Shown: positions 29,662 through 39,936, counted from the stretch's first letter. The stretch: 64,000 nucleotides of DNA from Methanomassiliicoccaceae archaeon (GCA_963728405.1 CAVSJV010000007.1:256001-320000); one strand, 5' to 3'. A program made the numbers and translations. Notes: generated by a model from the sequence alone, not told the origin.

Positions 29662-29830
29662 ATTGTCACAACCTTTTTTTCTTAAGCCTCGTCGGGACTC
29701 GAAGGGCCGGACGAGGTCCGGGGTGAGGCCCCCATTTGTGAAGCCGCCTGAGCTGCCCGCGCTAACTGGACACACATGAATCCAAGATATTTCTTCGATT
29801 CCAGTGTATCATTTTTGGCACTCACGGCAA
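29662..29830 (-). promoter_or_regulatory. Structured 5' leader of glnA containing the motif shared with the amtB leader
   Basis: GGCCUCACC (29722-29730), CGACGAGG (29687-29694), upstream GAUACAC/GUGUGUC hairpin; BRE-TATA AAAAGCTTTAATT at 29851-29863. Confidence 0.65.
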
Positions 29831-29912
29831 CTGCCTATAGACAAATACCTAATTAAAGCTTTTTGAACGAGACAAATGGCGATATATTATAATAATGCAG
29901 CATCATATGGAC

Positions 29913-29935
29913 TATTGGAATAATAGATTCCTATA
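29913..29935. promoter_or_regulatory. Palindromic operator candidate between glnA and the divergent gene
   Basis: TATTGGAAT-AATAG-ATTCCTATA (GGAA-N7-TTCC core). Confidence 0.5.
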
Positions 29936-30016
29936 TGAATTAATATCTTTATTGATAATGCACAATTGATGAAAAATTGGGCAATCTCATATGGCGGCGG
30001 CTCTAACATATCCTAC

Positions 30017-30472
30017 ATGTTCGAACGATTGAACGAGCAGGAGAATATCGGAGCCACGGCCAGACCGCCCCGGAAGATGCAGAGCGAGTCCGATCATGTC
30101 CATCGGGCCGTCTTCTCCCGAACCGGGCAGCTGAGAGAAGAGCGGCCTGGGGCCCAGATCACCGAGGAGCTGCAGGATCAGGAGCCTCGGGCGATACTGA
30201 AGGTAGTAGAATCGGGAAGGCCGGTCAGGGTGGAATTCATCGAATCCATGTTCTCTGCCGACCAGCTGCGATTCCTAGAAGAATATGTTCAGGCGGCCAG
30301 GCAGAGTGGGGAACTTGCCGTCCTGTACCCGGGCCAAAGCTTTCCTGAAGAGTACGTCCTTAGGGTGGTCCAGATCATCTTCGAGCGGATCAGATTTGCC
30401 GGTGTAAAGGGTGAGGTCTCGGTCCATGGTTTTCTCTATGATTTTGAGGGATTTCCACGTGAGATTGTCTAG
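30017..30472 (+). CDS. Hypothetical protein divergent from glnA
   Basis: Long ORF with normal codon usage; start uncertain. Confidence 0.6.
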   Translation: MFERLNEQENIGATARPPRKMQSESDHVHRAVFSRTGQLREERPGAQITEELQDQEPRAILKVVESGRPVRVEFIESMFSADQLRFLEEYVQAARQSGELAVLYPGQSFPEEYVLRVVQIIFERIRFAGVKGEVSVHGFLYDFEGFPREIV

Positions 30473-30548
30473 TCGATTGTACTATACTGATACAGGTGGC
30501 CTAAAACGAAGTGATTTATAACTCCCGGTGAATTGGGAGGCGAGAGCT

Positions 30549-31595
30549 ATGAATGTCGAAGAGAGATTTAGCTTGCTGGCGAGGAATACTGAGGAGATCG
30601 TGACGGAAGAGGAGCTGAAGAAGCTCCTTGCTGACAACCCCTCGCCCCGGAGTTATATCGGCTTCGAGCCTTCAGGTCTCGTTCACCTTGGCTGGGTCAT
30701 CTGCGCGAACAAGGTGAAGGATTTCGTGGACGCCGGTTTCGAAATCACCATCTTCTTTGCCGATTGGCACGCTTACATCAACGACAAACTGGGTGGTGAC
30801 ATCGAGAGGATACGCACCTGCGCCCGCTACATGGAGGACTGCTTCGAGGCTCTGGGTGTCCCCCGCGATAAGGTCAAGTTCGTGTTGGCTTCAGAGATCA
30901 TGGATGGCATTGACTATTGGGAGAAGGTCATGAAGGTGGGCAAGGTCACCTCGTTGTCCCGGATCAAGCGGGCCATGACCATCATGGGGCGCAAGGAGGA
31001 CGATGCCGAGCTGGACTCCTCCAAATTCCTTTACCCCCTGATGCAGGCTACGGACATCTTCATGATGGACATTGATGTCGCCTACTCCGGGATCGACCAG
31101 AGGCGCGCCCATATGCTGGCGAGGGAAGCCGGGGAGAAGCTGCATTGGAAGGTCCCTATCGCTCTGCACACGCCCCTACTACCTGGCCTAAAGGGGGTCA
31201 ACCGGATGGATCCGGTGGCCAATAAGATGTCCAAGTCCGATCCGGACAGCGGCATTCTGATCCACGACACTCCGGAAGACATCGACCGAAAGATCAAGAA
31301 GGCATTCTGCCCACCAGAAGTGGAAGGTAACCCCCTTCTAGCAATCTGCAAGATGATCCTGTTCCAAAAGAGCCCCATGTTCGTGATCGATCGCCCAGAG
31401 AAGTTCGGAGGAAAGCTGGAGTTCCATTCGTACGAGGATTTGGAGACGACATACAAGGCCGGAAAGCTCCACCCCATGGACCTGAAGGGCGGAGTAGCCA
31501 AGGCCCTCAGCGATCAGCTTGGTCCGGCCAGGGCGTATTTCGAACAGCATCCCGAAAACCTCATGGCGATGAAGCGGTCGATCGGTCTCGTCTAA
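30549..31595 (+). CDS. tyrS: Tyrosine--tRNA ligase (archaeal)
   Basis: YIGFEPSGLVHLG (HIGH-like), YPLMQATDI, GIDQRRAH, KMSKS. Confidence 0.97.
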   Translation: MNVEERFSLLARNTEEIVTEEELKKLLADNPSPRSYIGFEPSGLVHLGWVICANKVKDFVDAGFEITIFFADWHAYINDKLGGDIERIRTCARYMEDCFEALGVPRDKVKFVLASEIMDGIDYWEKVMKVGKVTSLSRIKRAMTIMGRKEDDAELDSSKFLYPLMQATDIFMMDIDVAYSGIDQRRAHMLAREAGEKLHWKVPIALHTPLLPGLKGVNRMDPVANKMSKSDPDSGILIHDTPEDIDRKIKKAFCPPEVEGNPLLAICKMILFQKSPMFVIDRPEKFGGKLEFHSYEDLETTYKAGKLHPMDLKGGVAKALSDQLGPARAYFEQHPENLMAMKRSIGLV

Positions 31596-31670
31596 TCCTT
31601 TCCAAACCCTCACCTTTCCATCTTTTCAACTGTGACAGATGTCCGACAGGGCCATTTTTCGCAATAATTA

Positions 31671-31696
31671 AATGTATGCAAGTACTTGCTTTCATT
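31671..31696. promoter_or_regulatory. TetR autoregulatory operator
   Basis: AATG-N3-GCAAGTACTTGC-N3-CATT palindrome between TATA-like TAATTAAA and ATG 31697. Confidence 0.75.
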
Positions 31697-32350
31697 ATGC
31701 CGGACGGTGTAGCGGACGAATGCGATCCTTCATCGAGATCAAGAGAACGGATCCTGGACGCCGGCCTGAAAATTTTTGGTGAGAAGGGTTACGCCGGCGC
31801 CACCACCAAGGAGATCGCCCTTCGGGCTGGGGTGAATGAGGTCACTCTCTTCCGGACCTTTCATAATAAAATGGGTCTTTTCGATGTTATAATCAAAGAA
31901 CGTTTTCCAAAGGCCCAGTTGCTGAAGGAACTGCATTTCGACCGAGGTCTTGGGATGAGAACGGTTCTGGTGGAGAACTCATTGCGTCTTTTAAACATCC
32001 TTCACGCCAATCGAGACCTGGTCAGGATGGTGGTTCTTGATCTACCCCGACGGGGAGGGGCGACCCTCGTTGATCCCATATCAACTGCCTTCATCGGGCC
32101 ACTGAGCGGCTATTTTGCCTCTCAATCGGAGGCAGACATGGTGCGCGATATCGAACCTGAGATGGCGGCGGAGATCCTTTATGGCACCCTACGCTCGTTC
32201 TTCATCGACCATTATCTGTTCCATGATGCGGCCCCTGAGCCATCCTGCGACCATCGTTTCATCAATACGGCGGTGGACCTCTATATTGATGGGATCGGCA
32301 GAGTGGGGAGCGAAGAACATCAAAAGCCTGGTCGAAAAAGGCCTAGATGA
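31697..32350 (+). CDS. TetR/AcrR family transcriptional regulator
   Basis: RERILDAG...GYAGATTKEIALRAGVNEVTLFRTF HTH. Confidence 0.93.
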   Translation: MPDGVADECDPSSRSRERILDAGLKIFGEKGYAGATTKEIALRAGVNEVTLFRTFHNKMGLFDVIIKERFPKAQLLKELHFDRGLGMRTVLVENSLRLLNILHANRDLVRMVVLDLPRRGGATLVDPISTAFIGPLSGYFASQSEADMVRDIEPEMAAEILYGTLRSFFIDHYLFHDAAPEPSCDHRFINTAVDLYIDGIGRVGSEEHQKPGRKRPR

Positions 32351-32459
32351 TATTCTGGACGTCGTTATCAGCTTCAGTATTGAAATCAATTTATTAAAGT
32401 AGCTCTTTGCCAATTTTCGACAACTGACCGTTCGACGGCCACTAGGGATTGCATTGTCA

Positions 32460-33963
32460 ATGGAGAATTCGATTAACACTAGGATTCCGCTGGAGATACT
32501 TTCCTTCTTCTCCAACCCCGGAGGGCATTCTCTGATCATCCGGGGCGATGCAGGCACCGGAAAGACCACCTTGGCTCTCCAATTGATCGAGGAGCTGGCT
32601 CAATACCACAACAGTCATTACTACTCTACCCGAGTGTCGGATTTCCTCCTACTGGTCCAGTTCCCCTGGTTAGGGGTGAAGCTATATGGTCGAGAGTATG
32701 ACGAGTATGTACGGACCCAAGCTCCCTGGCTCATCGGGGAGGGTGACCCGAACATGGCCCACGTCAATCCTGGCGATATCCGGGACCATGATGATGGTCT
32801 GAAGAAGCTGGTAGATATCTACCGGAACGGGGTGAGCCTACTCCACAATGACGATGCCGCTTCGATAGATGATGTTCGGAAGGTCTACGATGTGGTGAAG
32901 GCATCCCTTCCGGTCCGATCTCTCATCGTCATCGATTCCCTCGACGCTTTGGCCGATAAGTATGGGCTGAGCAACGCAGTTTTCATCAATGCGATCCAGA
33001 AGGACCTGGTAGAGGGTTACGGGGCCAATGTCATCTTCATCTTCGAGAACAACGAAAGGGCGTTGGACTACCTGGCCGATGGCGTGGCCATGCTATCTTA
33101 TCACGAGCACAACAGCCGGGCGGTCCGCCAGATCAAGGTACAAAAGCTCCGGGGCTGCGAGATCAAGCAGGCGCGATATCTTTTCACCTTAAAGGGCGGC
33201 CGGGTCCAGAGCTTCGGGAACGTCGACTCCATGGATGTCACCCCATTCAAGGAATGGGTGCCGTTATTGGACCAACGCGGAAGGATATCCTCGGGGATCA
33301 TCGACCTGGATCGTTTGATGAAGGGGGGCTTTGCTCCCGGCTCGGTCGTCCTTATCGAGCTGGGGAACAACATCCCCTCGGAGATCATCAGCGTGCTGGA
33401 GCAATCGACCATCGCCAACTTCGCCTCCCAGCGCCGCGGGGTGATCTGGCTGCCCATGAAGCAGGTGAGTGCGGAGCACAGTTCGGAACCAGATGTCGGC
33501 GGCCGTTCACCCGAACCTCTTCGACGAGTGTGTCCGGATTCCCGAGCAGGCCTTCCAGACCGAACCGACCCGCTCAAACTATATCTTCCACGTCGAGGGC
33601 TCTGACGCCGGGGCCGACCTCAAATGGGACACCATTACATATTCCCTGAAATCTGCGGACATGCCCTATCTGACCATGCTAGGGTTCGATACCCTGGAAT
33701 CAATCTATGGTGAATCGGTGATGGAGCATCTCACCGAACATATCGCCGCCATGAAGCGCAACGGCGGGGTGTTCATGGCCATGACATCTCCTTCCACCCG
33801 CTCAACTAAGAAGTTGATCGACCTCTCCACCATTCACCTTAAACTGGAGCGTATCGACGGCGTCCTAGTGTTGTATGGTGAGGAGCCCTACACCGAGTGC
33901 AACGCTCTCTCCTTGGAACCTCGGGAACGGGGCGGGTGTCTATCTCTGACTCCCGTGGTATGA
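32460..33963 (+). CDS. GvpD/KaiC-like tandem RecA-fold ATPase, +1 frameshift near 33480
   Basis: GDAGTGKT Walker A, VIDSLD Walker B, KLRG, second degenerate domain SSGIIDLD...GG. Confidence 0.8.
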
Positions 33964-34009
33964 AGGAGCTACCGTCAGCTTTTTGTCGGTAATGACCATC
34001 AATGTATCG

Positions 34010-34717
34010 ATGGCCATCCGCACCGTCCTGGTTGACCTTGGAGGTACCCTCATTGACTTCTTCGGCACCGGCAACGCCGCCCAGATGGTGCCGATCTCAC
34101 TGCGCGCGGTCCGCAATGAATTGTTCGTTCGTGATTCAACCACTCCCTCTCTCGCCGAACTCGAAGATCGATGGTCCTATCGAAAAAGAGATCCAACGGA
34201 CCTGATGGTCCTTCCCCTGGAGGATCGACTGGCGTTCGTGTTCAAGATCGAACCTCATGACCATGCTGCCCTTGAGCGGGCTGGCCGGGCGTTCATGCGG
34301 CCGCTGTTCGTTCAGGCCAGGTTATTCGAGGATGCCGTGCCGTTCCTCCAAAACCTGCGATCCCGGGACCTCAGGGTCGTCCTGGTGTCCAACACCACCT
34401 GGGGCAGCCCCGCCCACCTGTGGAGGGAGGAGCTCATCAGGCACAAGCTGGATGGCTACTTTGACGGAACGGTGTTCTGCCGAGACGTCGGCTGGAGGAA
34501 GCCAGACCCGCGGATATTCCAATTCGCCTTGGCAAAGGCCGGGGCGAGGCCTTCGGAGTGCCTCTTTGTGGGCGATGACCCGGTTTGGGACGTGGAAGGG
34601 CCATCGCGCCTGGGCATGACCTCAGTCCTTCTAGATCGTCGATTGGAATGGGCCGGTCAACGGTTCGAACGAATAACCAACTTGAACGATATCGTCGAGC
34701 AAGGGATGCTGGACTGA
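34010..34717 (+). CDS. HAD-superfamily hydrolase
   Basis: DLGGTL, VSN, KPDPRIF, VGDDPVWD. Confidence 0.9.
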   Translation: MAIRTVLVDLGGTLIDFFGTGNAAQMVPISLRAVRNELFVRDSTTPSLAELEDRWSYRKRDPTDLMVLPLEDRLAFVFKIEPHDHAALERAGRAFMRPLFVQARLFEDAVPFLQNLRSRDLRVVLVSNTTWGSPAHLWREELIRHKLDGYFDGTVFCRDVGWRKPDPRIFQFALAKAGARPSECLFVGDDPVWDVEGPSRLGMTSVLLDRRLEWAGQRFERITNLNDIVEQGMLD

Positions 34718-34720
34718 GGA

Positions 34721-35671
34721 TCACGCACGTCCCTGGATCTGCCTGAACAGGCTCATGGACTTTGAGATACAGATATTGAGCAGAGCCTCGACGTCTCCGG
34801 TGCCGGAAAGGCCAGCCGCGCCGGCATGCCCTCCTCCACTGCTGGAGGTCTCTCCCCCCACTTGGTCCAGGAGCTTCCCGAGGTGTAATCCCTTGCGGAC
34901 CAGGTCCTGTCGGGCCCTCGCACTTATCCTGAACTTCTCGTCGCGCTGCGAGCCCACGAACGCTACGTCCGCACCAACCCCCAACAGCGCTTTGCACACC
35001 GAACTCTCGTGAGAGCTGCCCAGGGAGATGGCTACGATGTAATCGCCCAGCCGTTCGAATCTCATCCGCTGGGCGCCCTTCAGCTGAGAGATGCGCTCCG
35101 AAACATCTGGCTCCAGATCGGTGAGGTCCATAACCTCGTCCATGTTGATCTGCGATGCTTCCAACAGCTCGGAGAACGATCGTAGCATCGCGGAGTTGGC
35201 GAATCGGAAGTGACCGCTATCAGTCAACATGCCGGCCGCCAGAGCCAGACCGATCTCCCGGTCCATTCTTGTGCCCGCGACCTTGAGCAGTTCGAAAACG
35301 ATCTCGGCGCAGCTTCGTCGGCTGTCGTCGCAATAGAACAGGCTGCCATCCCAATCACCGCTACGAGCATGATGATCGATGACCACTAGGTTCCGGCCGG
35401 AGACGTCGATCCCGATCTGGTCCTTGGAGGACGAGTCTACCGCCACGATCGTATCATAATCATCCAGGTTGACGAAGGTCTTGACCTCGAAAACCAGCTT
35501 GGTCGATACGACCTTGGCCATGCGGTCCAAGCCTCCGACCGCTGCTATCGTCACATCGGGAAAAGCGCGATGGATGGCGTAGGCGCAGCCCAGGGCGTCC
35601 GGATCAGCGTTTCCGTGCAGGAGGACCACCTTTCTTCCTTCCTTGAGCTTCTGGGCTATCTCAACGAGCAT
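34721..35671 (-). CDS. DHH/DHHA1 phosphoesterase (NrnA-like)
   Basis: HGNADPDALG, VD, IDHH, TDSGHF, GGGHAGAAG. Confidence 0.92.
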   Translation of the reverse strand: MLVEIAQKLKEGRKVVLLHGNADPDALGCAYAIHRAFPDVTIAAVGGLDRMAKVVSTKLVFEVKTFVNLDDYDTIVAVDSSSKDQIGIDVSGRNLVVIDHHARSGDWDGSLFYCDDSRRSCAEIVFELLKVAGTRMDREIGLALAAGMLTDSGHFRFANSAMLRSFSELLEASQINMDEVMDLTDLEPDVSERISQLKGAQRMRFERLGDYIVAISLGSSHESSVCKALLGVGADVAFVGSQRDEKFRISARARQDLVRKGLHLGKLLDQVGGETSSSGGGHAGAAGLSGTGDVEALLNICISKSMSLFRQIQGRA

Positions 35672-36478
35672 TATCCTGCCAGTATGTTCGGTCCATATAT
35701 GCATGTTTCTAGCGTTGCCAAATTGTTCGAGAGCTCGGCCCATTCTTTGATGGGCTCATTGATCCGAGCGTATCGTAGGGTCAGTTCGATGGTGGTTCCC
35801 TGGCGGGGCGAAGGCACTCGGTCAGGGGCCCTGAAGCCAGTTGTGCCGATGGGCATGCTTCCCCCTCTCCTGCACTACTGATGTGGTCCGTCAACCCCCA
35901 TCGTCACCAGATCAGCATGGCCCCGGCCCCTGAACGGGTAACAGGACTTGTGCAGGGGAGGCCCGATTCCAGCAATCGTTTCCTTCCCGAACTCTCTTCA
36001 ATCCTGAAGTCGCTTCACCTCACGATCATCTCCCGATCTCAATCCTCGAGCGTACTGGAGGAATGCCCTCCTCTTCTAAAACAGTTAGAATGGCACCTGG
36101 GGAGATTTCCGATTACGAGGTGCCAATGCTCTCTAACGAGTAGAGGGCGCCCATCTGCCACCGGATCTTCACATGATGGCAGGTGCTGTGGATGAGGACA
36201 TCAACAAGGGCACCGCTCATACTGGGACCTCGATTGAACGGGGCCGGTAGGATTTGCGCCTGGACACCCCACTGGGCCTCGGCAACATGGGTCCGGAATG
36301 TGAACGGCTTGCCTGGTCAGAACGTCTGATCTTGAACCATCAGGCCCTGTCCGCATCAATCGTCACATGGCCTGGAACTGGCCACACCCTCAGGCATGTT
36401 TCGGATTGTTGATAGAAAAATAGTGCTCTAGGATGGGGTTTCAGGTCCTCCGGGTTGCCCCGGAAGGTTCGGGTTTGC

Positions 36479-36892
36479 TTAATCGTCAAGCGGCGAAGGC
36501 CTAGACATCGGGACGATGGGTCCGGTACCTGCGTTGGCGCCGGCAGACAAGGCCTTGTTGAGCTGGTCCTGAAGCACCTGATAGCGGTCCTTAAGTGACT
36601 TTTCCTGTCTTTCTAGGGTCTTAACGCGGACCTCCATAGTCTCCTTGTCATCCTCGATCTCCTTCAGCACGGCGGCCTTGCTCTCCGCCTTGATGAGGAG
36701 GGATCCGACAGACTTGTAGATGACCACATCCTCGGGGGACCTGTTCAGTTCCTCCGTGGTGCGCTGCATCTCCTTGACCTGGGCGTCCATCTGGAACTTC
36801 TGGTTGAGTACTGCCTGCAACTGTTGCTGGAGCTGCTGGAACTGAGCGATCTGGTTCTGGACCTTGGGGCTCAAATCATCCATGTTGTTCAC
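36479..36892 (-). CDS. pfdB: Prefoldin beta subunit
   Basis: Coiled-coil FQQLQQQLQ, IYKSVGSLLIK; superoperon position. Confidence 0.95.
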   Translation of the reverse strand: MNNMDDLSPKVQNQIAQFQQLQQQLQAVLNQKFQMDAQVKEMQRTTEELNRSPEDVVIYKSVGSLLIKAESKAAVLKEIEDDKETMEVRVKTLERQEKSLKDRYQVLQDQLNKALSAGANAGTGPIVPMSRPSPLDD

Positions 36893-37118
36893 CTACCATA
36901 TTGCCGATCTCTTCCGAGATCCTTATCCACCTGAGATATGAGTTGAGGGCGGCTCGGAGGGCGCCGAGGTCAGATGCCTCGACGTCCAACACGATCTCCC
37001 CGTCGCCGGGAGTGATCTTTACTCTCGAACGAGGGATCTCTCTTCCCACTTCTGGGAAGAGGGCGCCCCATATGGCTTTACTGTGCGGGGTGGCCACGCG
37101 AAGGGTTGCCCGAGGCAT
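36876..37118 (-). CDS. pcc1: KEOPS subunit Pcc1
   Basis: EASDLGALRAALNSYLRWI. Confidence 0.9.
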   Translation of the reverse strand: MPRATLRVATPHSKAIWGALFPEVGREIPRSRVKITPGDGEIVLDVEASDLGALRAALNSYLRWIRISEEIGNMVGEQHG

Positions 37119-37122
37119 CCCT

Positions 37123-37257
37123 TCACCGGGCTTTAATGACCTTCTTAACGTTGGGTCGTTCCTTGTAGAAGATCTTGGAACCACACTTCTCGCACTGAAT
37201 GCCTACGGTGTTGACATTGGAGCGAATGGGCTCGTTGCAGCTCCCGCACTTGTACAT
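37123..37257 (-). CDS. rpoP: RNA polymerase subunit P (Rpo12), below the ORF-track cutoff
   Basis: MYKCGSCNEPIRSNVNTVGIQCEKCGSKIFYKERPNVKKVIKAR. Confidence 0.93.
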   Translation of the reverse strand: MYKCGSCNEPIRSNVNTVGIQCEKCGSKIFYKERPNVKKVIKAR

Positions 37258-37259
37258 GC

Positions 37260-37562
37260 TCAGTCACCCCTGTTGGGGACGATGACTTCGCTTTCGACCT
37301 TGGCGGCCTGGGCTGCTTGGAACTCTTCCGAGGTCTCTTTCTTTGAGATGGGGGAGTAGGCACCAGCGGCGAACTTGGCGTCGCACTTGCTGCACTGCCA
37401 TATGCCGCTGCTGATCCTGGATACGCTGTTCCTGTGGCAAGCGGGGCACTCGTGGTCCGCGTTCCTCATCTTGTCGATGTCCCGGACGCGGTTTCTTACC
37501 ACTACACCATAGCGTGCGCCGAACCTTCCCGAGCTTCCTGCCTTCTCTGTTGACTTGGACAT
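37260..37562 (-). CDS. rpl37ae: 50S ribosomal protein eL43 (L37Ae)
   Basis: GRFGARYG, CPAC, GIWQCSKC, AGAY. Confidence 0.96.
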   Translation of the reverse strand: MSKSTEKAGSSGRFGARYGVVVRNRVRDIDKMRNADHECPACHRNSVSRISSGIWQCSKCDAKFAAGAYSPISKKETSEEFQAAQAAKVESEVIVPNRGD

Positions 37563-37567
37563 TACCA

Positions 37568-38341
37568 TCACCCTATGAGGTTTCTGAGGTCCTTGCTCAC
37601 GCGCAGGGACGCATCGATCACTTGTCTGACCTCGTCCAGCGTGAAAGCGCCGGCGAGTCCCTTCTGCATTGCCCGTAGGTCACCGTTCTCATCAGTAGTG
37701 ACCGTCAGGCGAGCATCCGCGACCTTCTCTTCGTCGAGAGTCGGGTCAAACAATATAGAGTTTTCTATCTTCACCGCAGTGGTCTGAATGGGTAGGTGGC
37801 GGAGGGGCAATGGATAATCCTCGCCTTTGCCGCTCTCCTTGGCCGGGACCGTGGTGGTCTTGAGCGCGGCGATGGCGCCGAGGAAACAGGCATCAAAGAG
37901 GTTGCCGTCATAATCCAGGACATAGATATCCAGGAAGTTGATCCAGACCTCTTCGCCGCGCTTGATGCACAGTGCCTGCAGGTCGATCATCTCGCTCTCG
38001 CGGATGCCCCTGTCGATGACCCTGGCCAGCTCGATCGCGCCTGCATCTGGTGGACCGGCCTCGAAGGTCGGGGATGCCAGCGGGATGAGCTCGGTGTTGG
38101 TGGTGAGCACGCCCCTATCCGGGGTGTCCGCGAAGGGGGCCCCCACGACCATCTTCACGCCAACAAGGACGTCGGTGTTGCCGAGGCGAACCCGGGCGGA
38201 ACCCTGTGCGCTCTCGATGTAGTTGGTTTCGATGCTGATCTTGCGGTACTCATCCAGGGCGCGTCCATCAACACGCTTGCCGGTCGATAACAGCTTATGG
38301 ATATGCCCTTTCTTGATCTCGGACATGACTGGTTCAGACAT
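37568..38341 (-). CDS. rrp42: Exosome subunit Rrp42
   Basis: RVDGR, GSARVRLG, FEAGPP, ELARVIDRGIRES. Confidence 0.96.
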   Translation of the reverse strand: MSEPVMSEIKKGHIHKLLSTGKRVDGRALDEYRKISIETNYIESAQGSARVRLGNTDVLVGVKMVVGAPFADTPDRGVLTTNTELIPLASPTFEAGPPDAGAIELARVIDRGIRESEMIDLQALCIKRGEEVWINFLDIYVLDYDGNLFDACFLGAIAALKTTTVPAKESGKGEDYPLPLRHLPIQTTAVKIENSILFDPTLDEEKVADARLTVTTDENGDLRAMQKGLAGAFTLDEVRQVIDASLRVSKDLRNLIG

Positions 38342-38343
38342 GT

Positions 38344-39123
38344 TCAGGCCTCCGATCCGTTGTCCTGAGCGACATCATCTTCGATATCTCCACTCCCACC
38401 TTGGATGGCGTAGCGGCGGCGGAGGGCGTCCTTCTGGACGTCATAGACCATCTGGCACGCCTTCTTGCCATATTCGAGGGCCTGTTCGAACTCCTTCATG
38501 GTCAGATGACCATCCATCTGCAAGAGCAATACTTCCCCGGTCCGGGGAATCATGGCGATGGGTAGGTCCGCGTTCCCGAAGTTGTCCTCTTCCTTGTTGA
38601 GATCCAACACGATCTGACCGTCCGCCTTTCCGATGGCGACGGCAGGCACGAGATCCTTCATCGGAATCCCCGCATCGGCCAAGGCAACGGATGCGGCGGT
38701 AAGCCCAGCGCACCTGGTACCCGCGTTGGCCTGCAGTACCTCGATGTAGACATCGATGGAGGTGCGGGGGTAGTTCTCGGTGAAGACCACGTATTCGAGC
38801 GCCTCTGAGATGATCTTGGAAATCTCGATGGATCGGCGGTCCGGTCCTGGCCTCTTACGATCAGAGACTGAGAAGGAGATCATGTTGTACTTGCACTGGA
38901 CGATGGCCTTGGCAGGATTCTGCATGTGGCGGGGGTGACATTCTCTCGGGCCGTAGACTGCGGCCAGGACCTTGTTCTTGCCCCACTCGACATACGCCGA
39001 GCCATCGGCCCTCTTCAGTACTCCGGCCTCTATTCTTAATGGCCGGATCTCGTCCACCTTCCTACCATCTATGCGTATTCCATTGTCATCTATCAGATCA
39101 ATATCAGTCGTCATTCCAGACAT
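38344..39123 (-). CDS. rrp41: Exosome subunit Rrp41
   Basis: [28 protein letters not shown]. Confidence 0.96.
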   Translation of the reverse strand: MSGMTTDIDLIDDNGIRIDGRKVDEIRPLRIEAGVLKRADGSAYVEWGKNKVLAAVYGPRECHPRHMQNPAKAIVQCKYNMISFSVSDRKRPGPDRRSIEISKIISEALEYVVFTENYPRTSIDVYIEVLQANAGTRCAGLTAASVALADAGIPMKDLVPAVAIGKADGQIVLDLNKEEDNFGNADLPIAMIPRTGEVLLLQMDGHLTMKEFEQALEYGKKACQMVYDVQKDALRRRYAIQGGSGDIEDDVAQDNGSEA

Positions 39124-39133
39124 GAACTTCACC

Positions 39134-39835
39134 TCACTCCGTCTTCGGCGCCGTCTGCGGGGACACCGTTTCCAGGTACGCCTGCACCTTCTCAGTCAAT
39201 CCAAAGGAGTGGGCGTCCTCTTCGATCATCTGGATGGCTTTGATGGCATGCATTATATTGTCGACCTCACCATCGAGCCAGATCCTACCGTTCTGCCCTA
39301 CAAAGATGCGACAGTTCGTATATCCTTTGATCATCTGGATCATCGAACCGCTCTTCCCTATGATCCGGGGGACCTTGCTGTGGGAGATCTCAATTATCTG
39401 TCCTCCCTGTAGCTTCCTAAGGCCCTGGTCCTTCATTGTGACCTGCACCCTCATGGTCTCGTCCACCATGAGCACCTTCGCCAGGATCACATCACCCACG
39501 TTCATGTAGCGGGCGGTGTCCCCGAACTCGACCCTCCAAGGAACCTCGTTCACATGCAACGGGGCTGGATGGGGCGCATTGATGTCGATCAACCAGTTGG
39601 ACGGGCCGATATCTTCGACCTTCCCGATGACGCTATCCCCCACGCAGGGGATGTAGCGGCCGCCCAATGGGATGATGTTCACATAGTTCGCTTTTACAGA
39701 TTTAATGCCAAGGAGGGCGGCGTAGATCTTACCATCAGAAACATAGGTTCCCGCTCCTGGCTTTAATTTATCCCCATCCAGGAGATCACCGGGCATCACG
39801 ATCTCCCTAGGTTGTCTCGACCCTTCACTGTTCAT
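39134..39835 (-). CDS. rrp4: Exosome RNA-binding subunit Rrp4
   Basis: S1 plus KH domains, [20 protein letters not shown]. Confidence 0.96.
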   Translation of the reverse strand: MNSEGSRQPREIVMPGDLLDGDKLKPGAGTYVSDGKIYAALLGIKSVKANYVNIIPLGGRYIPCVGDSVIGKVEDIGPSNWLIDINAPHPAPLHVNEVPWRVEFGDTARYMNVGDVILAKVLMVDETMRVQVTMKDQGLRKLQGGQIIEISHSKVPRIIGKSGSMIQMIKGYTNCRIFVGQNGRIWLDGEVDNIMHAIKAIQMIEEDAHSFGLTEKVQAYLETVSPQTAPKTE

Positions 39836-39936
39836 ATTATATCTCCTTTGATACTAATACACGAATGCTCTACTCATCATTTCTTTTCTTAAATGCCTTT
39901 GCTCGGCGTAATATATCATATATCTTAAGAATTCGC

